DNA of 63,287 nt, counting the filler, from Kipferlia bialata (lineage: Eukaryota): assembly GCA_003568945.1 (NCBI GenBank). It is 5 parts of 5 records of this genome, joined end to end, with 100 filler letters (N's around TTAATTAATTAA, not from the genome) between each part and the next. Parts side by side here need not be neighbours in the genome. Positions count along the whole stretch, not along the records: positions 49,016 to 59,499 come from BDIP01000642.1; positions 59,600 to 63,287 come from BDIP01000657.1; 3 more parts are not named here. One strand, given 5' to 3'. The notes below the pieces were generated by a model that did no database searches, was not told the DNA's origin, and saw only the letters and a list, made by a program, of their open reading frames with translations. How positions within the stretch are numbered: position 1 is the first letter of the stretch; each line of letters opens with the position of its first letter. Below are positions 52,701 to 63,287 of this stretch, in pieces. Made by a program: the position numbers and the translations under genes.

Positions 52701-55700
52701 AGTACATGTTTATAGTACATATGATCCTGTGTACCTGAAAGTAGTCGATGTCCCCCGATTGGTGTACATAGGGTGCACCGTGCTCTGGGAGAGTGACACC
52801 ACTAGAGGTGGATGGTCTAGTGGTGTCAACGAGATCAGACTCGTCCTCGTCAGAGTCGTCCTGGGTATCAGACAATACTTGGACAGAGAGCCCCCCCGAA
52901 TATAGTATATGTCTCTCGTACCCAACATCTCCCACCAATACATTATCACACTATACTGTATGTATATACATATAAATACCTGCTACGAGAGTATCTCATC
53001 CTGTGTCTACCCCCCATCACCCGACCATATGTTATCATACTATAGTATATTCATGTATTAATACCTGCTCTGAGAGTATCTCGTCCTGTGTGTACCCCCC
53101 ATCCCCCATCTCGGTATACTCATACGTACACATATATTATAGTTGTCGCATCTTTATATATATACCTGCTCCGAGAGTATCTGATCCTGTGTGTACCCCC
53201 CATCCCCCATCTGGGGCACAAGGGCAGGGAAGGAGGTGGCATGGGCGTCATATTTCTAGAGAGTTAGTGTATGGAGTCACTGTAGACAGTATAGGAGCTG
53301 AATGTATGCAGTATGTTCAGTATATGAGTAGAAGAGGTATAGGTAGGGACGTGGCATGGGCATCATACTTCTAGAGTGAGTGTATGGAGAGAGTATGTAC
53401 AGTATATACAACAGTGTGAATATATGAAAAATGAGAGAGAACAAGCCAGTGGGCGTGATCCCTCTTGGAATCAAGGCATGTTTGAGTGATTCATTAAGGT
53501 AAATCTAACACCCCGCTGTATGGGAATACCTATACATATAAAAGTATGTATGTACAAACCTACCTTTCCAAACAACGTAAACCGTGTGGTCTCAAGCTCC
53601 TTCTCAAATGCACCCCCTAAGCTGAGGGACAGAGTGGTACCGTCACCTGGACAGGCATACACAGTGGGTCCCTGGGGGGTAAGCACGGGTGAGTGTACGG
53701 TGTACGGTGTACGGGGTAGGTGGGGCAGTACGAGATGGGATATACAACATAAAGTAGAGGAAGCGATGTATACTATAGGAAGTGATATATCCTGTACCTT
53801 GTCAGCGAGTACCAGTGTCTTGATCACTGGCACTATGCGCCACATGCGTGTAGGTACTAATGTATATTATGAATATACTGTACCTTGTCTGCCAATACCA
53901 GTGTCTTGAACACAGGGACTATGCCCATACAGTCCACAGTGACACAGGCCAGAGAGCCCTTCTCTTCAACTGATTCAGTCTCTCCCTCTCTCCTTCTGTG
54001 TCGGTGAACTGTGGGCTCTGTGGTGGGGGTGTAGCCATCAAGCCTAGGGTAAGCAGAGGAAGAGAGAGTGCTGATGAACATGTAGAACTAAATATATATA
54101 AATATATATATAGATCGGGTACTATCCCCACCTCCCTATTATGGCCATGCTGGTAGCCTTGTCCCTCAGTCTGTTGCCATCGGCCTTGTAGATCTGGGGT
54201 CAGGTGGGGTATATATAAATATATCTATATATGTATATATCGAGAGGGAAGAATAGAGAGATACCTAGTTGCCATCGGCCTTGTAGGTCTAGGGGGTGAG
54301 GTTATATCAATACACACTATTATATATACTATGGTAGGTAACAGCATCCCTATATCAGGGGGAGTACCTATATAGATAGGACACAGTGTCATTGTCTTTG
54401 TATGTATCTAGGAGCGGGGAGTATTCCACTGCACTTATACATAGTCAATTCACACACACAGAAATATACATTTCTATCCATACCTGTCCACTAGTAATTG
54501 CGGGTATGCTCAGGGTGGGTGGTATGTACATACATGTACCTATACACATATACACAGATAGAGACCAATGTTATTTAGATACACACATCTATACCTGGCC
54601 ACTAGTCATTGCGGGTATGCTCAGGGTGGGTGGAAGGTGGGACACGGGGAGACGACGAATGGTCCAGGACTCATGCAGGAGGACCTGATATATGCATCCA
54701 TATACTGTTTCATTTTGTAAGCATTTACAATACATTAAAACAATGAAATGTATTCTGGTCCAGGACTCAAGCAGGAGGACCTAAGGTATCAGTTCTGAAC
54801 ACGCAGAAAATATATATAAGTATAATTATACCTCATTTCTGAGCTGACAGGGTAGTGTCTCAATAGCTGCAGAGGGTGAGTCCCCTGTCTGTGTGCCATA
54901 CTCATACGGGTCGGCAGGTATGCTTGGGGTCAGTGCCATATTCTGGATATATTCATACACATTCATAGCAAACTATTGTTAGTGACTAATATATATCAGT
55001 ACCCTTACCCCAGTCTCCTGTCTATGGCTGTATGGCTAGTCCACTGCTGTACAACCATGGCCATCCTCCTGTGCATGCGCATGGCCTGGGGGTTAGGGGT
55101 TAGGGGATATACTATAGATACAGATGAATGTATATGAGTATGTACTTGTCATACCTTGTGGTGCAGGGATGGGTCCCACGTGGCCTTGGGTGCTATGACA
55201 CCTGGCAGGACTAGGGAGGTGGCAACCTGGGGTGTAAGTGGGTGTGTCACAAGTGTATATATATAGAGAGAGAGAGGGATGCAGTACGAGGGAGGAGGCC
55301 ACTTGTTGTGTGTAGTTGCGAGTGCGGGATAGAGGGAGTCAACAAATGAATACACTGTATACTCGTATCCTACAAAGGAGGTATTGGTGATAGAGGTGAC
55401 TTGGGGGATTGACAGCGCATGCAGAACAGGATTTGAGGTGAAAGCACACTTCTGCCCAGAGAGATAGAGACAGAGAGAAATACACACCTTGCCACCGCAC
55501 ATGAGGACATTCTGTCCAGTCTTGTGGAAGTAGGTGTAGGAGGCCTAGGGGTGAGACAGACAGTTATGAATATACATGAAATATAATTACTATAGGTATT
55601 AAATACGTGAACACGAAAATTTGCATATAGTCACTTACCTTGTGGACCCTGATGATGGAGCCTGGGAGCAAGGGGAGGGCGTGCTGGATCTGCAGTGAGG

Positions 55701-56219
55701 ATGAATCTTTACGGTAATATGATTGTAAGTAAATCAGCGAAATTATACCTGCGGGTACTTCTTCTTTATGAACAGTGTCATTCTGACCATCAAGGGCACC
55801 GATGATGGGTCCTCCCTATGCTCTAGGGCACGGGCATGCAGTTCCCTCTGTCTCTCTCTCTCCTTCTCCCTAACAGTACGGGGACTGTCCACCCTGGGGG
55901 CTGGAGGTGAGGGTATGTTACATATGGGTATATGAACAAAGGCTGGATATAAGATGCATCTACATACATGTATACACCATTCGGGGACTGTACTCTCTGA
56001 CACCAAAAAGTAATTGATACCAATAGCTTATCCTACCAGCTGTTGCTATCCAACCCCCCCTCAACATGTGTACATGTGAATATAGTCCATGTACAGTGGT
56101 ATGAGTATACGCTATCCTACCTGCCGTTGCTATCCCCCCCTCCCTCTGCAGAAGGGCTGCCCTCTCGGCCTCGTCTCTCTTCTGCTCGTGCTCCTCTCTT
56201 GCTCTCTCCTGAGGGTGAG

Positions 56220-56253
<34 letters not shown>

Positions 56254-59200
56254 CATACATATATCCATTACACACACCTCCTGCCTAGCCAGTTCGTCTG
56301 TGAGGCACACTGTAAAGGGGTCTATCAGGGTCATGGTGATATAGGGATCATCGTTGGCACGCTTCTGTCTGAGATGAGGATATGTACTACACTCCCATAA
56401 TACATGTATTAATATGTACACGGATACATATATACCTAGGCAATGCAGCGTCGAGTACCACTGCCAAGAACGATGCCTCTGGCTTGGCATGGCTATTGAC
56501 CTGTCGGCACTTGTGGATGGTGTCAATGGCCTTTGGGTTAGAGCTGTATATAAATACACTGTGGTGCATAAGAAATGTCTTCATATGTCTGCACTGGAAC
56601 AACACTAGTACAGAATGTAGTACCTCCTTCAGATATGTGTACCCATCCTTCTTCTCGACAGAGTTGTTGCCTATCCGGCGTAGCTCATTGCTGCTGAACC
56701 TGTGTTTAAGAGGAATACACAGCTACATACAGGAGGTCAGGACGCTACATACGATATACTTGTGAGCATATGTGTATACATGTGGTCGCTCTTACCTCTT
56801 AGCAAATGTGGGCAGCATGGGTGACACTGGTGAGTCTGCACCCTCCTGGCCCACAAGGTGCCTGGGTGAGTATGTATACGAATTACACATCCAGAGAAGA
56901 ATAATCACTCAATATATTAGTGTACCATTATCCACCTAGGCCTCTTCCTGGGCCTGGGAAAGGATACACATGCATATACATAAGGTATCCGATCCATTTC
57001 TATCTGTATATATACGTGTACATGCGTGTCTCTACCTGGGTCTCTTCCTTGGCCTGGGACACGTAGCACGTACTACTGGGGTGGGAGGAAGAGGGAAAGG
57101 GGGGGGGGGCAGCAGAAATAGAGAGGAAATATACTTAGGCAGATGGATGACTGTTGGGAGATTGTTGGTGAAAGGTGTACATTTGATCATACCTAGCTCG
57201 TATGAGTCTGTGTCCTGTTGGAACATGAAGTGGGGCATGGTGTCTGAGAGTCTGACATGAGAGAAAGACAGAAGAAGAGAGAGAGAGAGATGGGGTAAGT
57301 GTGAAGGTGACTGAGAGCCTGACATGAGAGAGAGAGAGGGATATCAAGCAGCATATGCCGCAGACCCAGATAACTGGTGTCTTCCCCACCTGTTCTTGCC
57401 CTTTCCCCACTCCATCGCGAGCTCTCTCTATATACACACATACACACACACACATATATATTTATACATTTGTGTGAATACTCCATTGCACACGAGTCCA
57501 TAAATTGTTATATAGATATATGTAGATATATATAGATATATATGTACACTCATATTCTCACCTGTACTTGCCCTGTCCCCACTCCAGCCTGGCTGTCCGT
57601 ATGAGGTCGTGGTCAGCTCGAGAGGCCTGATTTAGTCATAGAAATACACTTCGATATATGATAATATCTTGATAAATACGACAGAGATGAGGACATAATC
57701 GGCACAAATATGTCCCTCGTTTTCACAATACGTGTTCCAACGGACTTAGTAGCGGTCATGCTTCCCATCCTTAAGCATTCCGTATATTCAGAGGGCCAGA
57801 ATAGCCATAGAGCATGAGTTATTGGCATATCTCTCTCTCTATATATATTGATGTATCCATACATACCTGCACCAAAGGACTAAGTAGGTAGCACTCGTGC
57901 TTCCCATCCTCTAGCATCCCATGGATCTGGGACCTGACCGCCAGAGACTCAATGCCATACACAACACCTGCAATAAGGGTGTAGAAGGAGAGAGAGAGGG
58001 GGTGAGGAGAGAGAGAGAGCCAGGGCCTCAATGACATACAAGACACCAGCAATAAGGGACAGACCATCCCTACCGTACACAACACAGAGAGAAAGTAGGC
58101 ATAGAGAGAGAAAGAGTACCTAGTCTGAACCCTATAGTGGTAGAGTCCCCCTGTGTCCTGATCCTCATACAACATATCAGGGAGGGGCGCATACGGCTGG
58201 TGTCAGAATCATCTACATACATATATATATAGAGAGAGAGAGAGTGAGTGAGAGAGAGTGAGAAAGTAGCATATCAAGGAGTGGCGCATACGGCTGGGGT
58301 CAGATATATATATATATAGACAGAGAGAGACGGAGAGACGGAGAGAGGGAGAGGTGGCATATCAGGGATTGGCGCATACGGCTAGGGTGAGGGGTCCTAT
58401 ATAGATAGATAACCTACTCATAGACAGATGCCTACAGCAACATATCCACTATCAGATGCCAACACCATACACTGTACACACATTTGAAGTTATATACTCA
58501 TATGTATGATTACACACTGGGCCCATACCTGTCGTACTGCATGAATGCATCCACTATCATGAAACAATATAATGCAATATATACGTACAAACATTCATCA
58601 GGAATCTATACCTCTAATACATCACTCATTCCATATATACTCATCTATATGCCCATACGTACTAAGTATGATTATACCTGTCATACTGCATGAATGCATC
58701 GACTATCAGAAACTCATAGAGGACAGGGGGGGACAAATAGATACACACCCGTATGCTCATGTATTAACAAATGTATATATACCACACCTGTCGTACTGCA
58801 TGAATGCATCCACTATCAGAAACTCATAGAGCACAGGGGGGGAGGGGGCATCATCGTCAGAGTAGACCTGGGAATAAGGGTGTAGAGGGAGGGAGAGAGA
58901 GAGAGGGAACAGGCGGGGAGGGCATCATCGTCAGAGTAGGCCTGGGAATAAGGAGAGAGAGAGAGAGAGAGAGCGGGAGGGATAGTGTCATCATGAATGA
59001 GAGAGTCTGGGGATTCAGGGGAGAGATGGAGATTGGGGGGGAGGGGGGGTATTCATATACTTCTGCACCATACCTCCATGTCCCTGTCCAGGAATATATA
59101 TTAACACAAGTATATATATTCTCTCTTTCTCTTTATATATACATATATACATATATAATCTCTATACCTCCATGTCATTGTGCACTCTGTGTGTGTCAGT

Positions 59201-59400
59201 GCCCATGGGGGAGAACTCCTGAGGGTAAGGAGAAGAGGAAGAGAAATAGAGAGAGAGAGAGAGAGAGAACTCCATAGTCCTTGAGGGAGAACTCCTGAGG
59301 GTAACGTCGATATATATCAATATATAGAGAGAGAGGGTAATGGGTGGGAGAGAATGAGAGATACACAGAGTCATGCTGTTGGAGACCTCCTGAGGATTAG
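49770..59400 (-). CDS. POT1/TEBP-alpha-like telomeric ssDNA-binding OB-fold protein (OB1 core in exons ~55490-56700); gene limits uncertain, 5' partial
   Basis: Stitched GYTYLKE...SFLAVVLDAALPRQKRANDDPYITMTLIDPF-[charged insert]-VRMTLFIKKKYPQIQHALPLLPGSIIRVHKASYTYF matches, from recollection, the TEBP-alpha/POT1 OB1 pattern (YEY..L...FYAVVIDATFPY...ICSLKIVDPT...LVLY...LPII...GDIIRVHRA). Confidence 0.62.
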
Positions 59401-59499
59401 ATCAATAGAGAGGGAGATAGGAGACGCGGAGAGAGATAAATTGAATGATGAAGGGGGGGGGGGGGGGGGGGAGAAAAAAAAAAAACAAAAACCCCTTTG

Positions 59500-59599
59500 N
59501 NNNNNNNNNNNNNNNNNNNNNNNNNNNNNNNNNNNNNNNNNNNTTAATTAATTAANNNNNNNNNNNNNNNNNNNNNNNNNNNNNNNNNNNNNNNNNNNN
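59500..59599. other. Artificial scaffold-concatenation linker
   Basis: N-run, TTAATTAATTAA, N-run. Confidence 0.95.
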
Positions 59600-60084
59600 G
59601 AGAGGGTGGGGGGGGGGGGGGGGGGGGGGGGGGATATCGGGACCAAACTACAACATGCACAATATAATGATGTGTATTCCAGCATTCCTGTGTTAGGAAT
59701 GAGAAGTGTATGTTGACCAATAATGACAGTAATGGTACCATAGCAGTATCATAGCAACTCCACCACTCGTACTATTAGCAATGATGAGAGGATACTGCAC
59801 AATACAGCCATGATAATAATATGTGGAATCCACACACTCTAAACAACAGGAGAATAGCGAATATCGATATCGACCACAGATACAGTGACTTCATCAATAT
59901 CGTATATGAGAAACAATACAATAGAATCCAGCATCTCCGCTCTACCCCCCGAATATCACGCCAATACGGCTAAGACACACACAACTGCCGTCCTATGTCA
60001 ATACGACAGAGACAATCGCATATATGAGGTTTTCTCCTACAGTCGGTACCGGTACCGACTGATATGCACATGAGTCTGTCTCAC

Positions 60085-60183
60085 CTTGTGGTACAGGGCG
60101 CTGATGTCATAGGGTCCCACACGGCATGCAGAGACTGCTGCCACCAGGAGTACAGCCACAACCACCAGCTGGCGCCCAATCAT
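60085..60183 (-). CDS. First exon of a putative secreted protein (3' unresolved)
   Basis: MIGRQLVVVAVLLVAAVSACRVGPYDISALYHK then GT donor; signal-peptide-like. Confidence 0.45.
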
Positions 60184-60669
60184 CGTGGTATGAGAACAGA
60201 GGAGGCCTCTTCAAGCGAGCGTGGCTACCCCCTCATGAGGCAAAAACATTGAGTCAACATCATTGACTGTCATTCAAGTTCACATTCTGTCAGTCTTATT
60301 CATTGACCTTGTGGGCAAACAACAGAAGGACACGCACCTTCATTGTCACAAATACCCCCTTCAAGCATTGAATACCCTCGCCAAATACGACAATGTTTCT
60401 CTATCTCTCGAATACAAACAAGCCTCACGCCCCAAAGAAGACGTTATAGAAATGTGGCCGGTGAGCCTAATCGAATCAATGATCATACCACTGACTGCAA
60501 GCAATAACTACCAGTCCAGATATACAGCATATACCCTTGCTGTCCAAGTGACACATCGAACTGGATGGATTGAGAGAAGACCGACTTGTGCCGATGCACC
60601 CTAAGATGTCTCTAAAGATGGGAGCACTCTATCCTCTCTCTCTCTCTCTCTCTCTCCAATGAGTGTGTG

Positions 60670-61363
60670 CATCTCAGAAGTGTGCATCTGTCAGCAGGGA
60701 CTGTGTGAAGTGGTCCATGACACTGGCCCTGGATACAGTGGCTGGGGGTAACTAAGAATAGATATATATAGAGAGAGAGAGAGAGAGACAGAGACAGAGA
60801 GAGAAAGAGAGAGAAGTTGCTCATGACACTGGCTCTGGATATAGTGGCTATGGGTCAGATGGAGATATGTGCAAACACACAGTGAGGAGAGAGAGAGAGA
60901 GAGAGAATGTCAAGAGTGTGTGGGGATCAGAAACAGTGCATACCTAGAGAGGGAAAGAGATTGGCCAGTACAGAGAGACACACACACACACTATATCAGT
61001 CTGCCAAAAGAGACGCAGTGGATATATACTATACACATACCGGGCACTATGAAGTCGAGAGGGGGCAGGGAAGGGGCCTGACCAGTGATGCCTGGGGGTG
61101 AGACACATAAGTCTTAATATAGAGATACGTACCTCTCCAGCTCCTCTTGAGGAATGTGTATAAACATCTACAATACAAGCATCTACTGTGCCACAGTATA
61201 AATATACAGATGCAGATAGATCCATACCTCTCCAGCTCCTCTTGAGGAATGTGTTCTCCCTCTTGTGCCACAGGGCAAAGGAGGCATCGACCTGGTATCA
61301 GAGGGAGGGAGAGAGAGAGAGAGAGAGAATAGTAACACAGGGCAAAGGAGGCATCGACCCAGG

Positions 61364-61413
<50 letters not shown>

Positions 61414-61870
61414 GTATCACAGCTCAAAGGCTGGGAATGAGTACATGTACAGAGTGTGAGAGATAGCCATTGTACAGGGCTTATGTACCCAGGGAACAGG
61501 CAGTATAAAACACTCCGCTGCATTAGACTGAACCGAAGGGGGAACCATAATGAGAAAGACAACTTAGAGAAATGTCACAACGGTACCGGTACCGGTACCG
61601 GTACAAACCAATTCAGCGATACACATGCACACGCAGCGCAACACAGCCCTATACAACGTCAAATCACCTCCAAAAACTCGGTTACGATGGAGTGTGGAGT
61701 GTAGATGAGTGGATGCAATCAGAGAGTGACCTCAATATGTGGTGTTACTACACACACTATGTCCTCACCTGCCTCAGAATCTCCTGGCAGGAGTCGTATC
61801 TCTCAGCAAGTGCCACAATATTCTTCCTCTTCTCATTGGGGGAGACCCCGCTTCTCCTCCACCATAGCAT
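60670..61870 (-). CDS. Small hypothetical multi-exon protein
   Basis: MLWWRRSGVSPNEKRKNIVALAERYDSCQEILRQ | VDASFALWHKRENTFLKRSWR | GITGQAPSLPPLDFIVP | terminal exon ~60670-60742. Confidence 0.45.
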
Positions 61871-62055
61871 GGTATAGGCAGCCTCCAATATGGAGCAGTT
61901 GAGAATGTGCTCTCGCTGACTACTGGCTTTTTGATTTGTTAACCCTTTAGTGATTCTCACTGCACCCCTATTTCAGTCAGTCGTGTTTGCGCACATCAGA
62001 GTCAAATCCAAATCGGTGCAGGTCGACTGGGCTCTCTAGAGCTCTGGTGTGTGCA

Positions 62056-63231
62056 TGGTAACATCTACCAAGCGACATGGCGATGGGCCGTTTTTGCTAG
62101 AAGATACGGAGAGCGAGGAGTGTGAGCTGCTTGGGTCTGAGGACGCAAAGCCCCTGTCCCGCATGGCCCAGTGGAGGTAGGCCTCTCTCTCTCTCTGTCT
62201 CTCCCTCTCCTGTCACTCTATGTGCACAGTCTTTACCTGCTGATAGACATCTTGACTCCATTACTGCACTGTCGTGTCTTTTACGCCCATTAGTCTCCGT
62301 CCTCTTTCTCAGTTCCTATCGATATATGCTCATTAAATACCAATCCAAGGCTATGCTGGCGTATTGGATTCCCCACCTGGTCCCACCCCAACACCATGTT
62401 GGTGTATGCCACCATACTAGTCTTTGTGTGCCAGGTAAGTGCTTTGGATCTCTTTGCGGCATGTCGGTATATGCATATTTTTATATATATACTCACAGTA
62501 TATCATAGCCACTCTCCGAACAAACCACCAATGTATCTATCTCTCTCGATATATGATAAGATAGTGGCCACAGTACTAGTCGTCGTATACCAGGTATCCA
62601 TCTCTCCCTCCGTTTTAGTCACTGTGTGCATGTGTGTTTCTTCCCAATCCACCTTGTGAACATTCCTTTCGACTCTCTCTCTCTCGCTGTCTCTCCAACC
62701 CCCCCCCCCCCCCCCCCATCACTCTCTCTTTCTGTGAATTATGTTTGTATCCTCTTCTCTATACGATTGTCACCATGTTTTACACCTCTCTCTCTCCCCC
62801 TCTCTCTCTCTTTCTCTCTGTCTCTCATTATACCCACCCTCACCCCAGGCCATGGTCACCATGTTCTACACATCTCTCTCTCTCTCTCTCCCTCTTTCTC
62901 ACACTATGTATATATATATGTGTGTGTGTTTCTCTCACCACAGGCCATGGTCACCATGTTCTACACCTCTGTGGCCAGTTGGGTGGTGTGTGCCATGACA
63001 AACACATGTACAAATCCAGGTATTAAATTAATACTATTAATTGAGTATACATATATCCTCATATCCATTTTATAATATTAATATATATAATACACCTGTA
63101 CATGCACAAACCGAGGTATTTCTCTACTCCTGTATGGATATGGTGACAAAGACTGCACTAGTGTTTTGAAAACACTGTTTTGCCTCTCTCTCCCTCTCTA
63201 CCCCCTAACTCCAGGTGACTCTGACAACAAT

Positions 63232-63285
<54 letters not shown>

Positions 63286-63287
63286 CC
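62056..63287 (+). CDS. Putative membrane protein, 5' part
   Basis: MVTSTKRHGDGPFLLEDTESEECELLG...AQWR | LCWRIGFPTWSHPNTMLVYATILVFVCQ | AMVTMFYTSVASWVVCAMTNTCTNP; runs off the window. Confidence 0.5.

Noticed and set aside
16330..59555. Recurring palindromic TTAATTAATTAA
   Set aside because: Always centred in an N-padded 100-nt spacer; an artificial six-frame-stop linker, not biological.
61581..61604. (CGGTAC)n palindromic hexamer repeat, also at ~60043
   Set aside because: Short simple repeats inside probable introns, with no supporting context.
1..63287. Many 60-130 aa ORFs rich in YIYI, SLSL, ERER or VCVC
   Set aside because: Translations of intronic dinucleotide microsatellites or antisense shadows of real exons.
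1..63287. tRNA, rRNA or snRNA genes
   Set aside because: None recognised by eye; a tRNAscan/Infernal search would be needed to exclude them.

Overview
This is eukaryotic, extremely intron-rich DNA (exons mostly ~30-150 nt, GT-AG introns full of (AT)n/(AG)n microsatellites, branch point fused to the acceptor as YTVAC-CCC(C)-AG). The style suggests a free-living fornicate such as Kipferlia (inference). The window is five scaffolds concatenated by artificial 100-nt linkers (N44-TTAATTAATTAA-N44), with further suspect poly-G/C joins. Genes recognised by manual exon stitching: a TFIIS-central-domain protein lacking the zinc ribbon, a GH31 alpha-glucosidase, a pyruvate kinase 3' fragment, an aldose 1-epimerase, a syntaxin, a glycogen phosphorylase with an N-terminal extension, a convergent paralog pair (STAND/NACHT NTPase + degenerate DH-PH; and a copy with the NTPase deleted plus a canonical RhoGEF DH-PH), and a POT1/TEBP-alpha-like OB-fold protein. 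The most striking signal is dozens of intronic 'echoes': 20-55 nt copies of an adjacent exon edge with its splice site, differing from the real exon almost only at synonymous positions. Exon boundaries are by eye and approximate; no searches were run.
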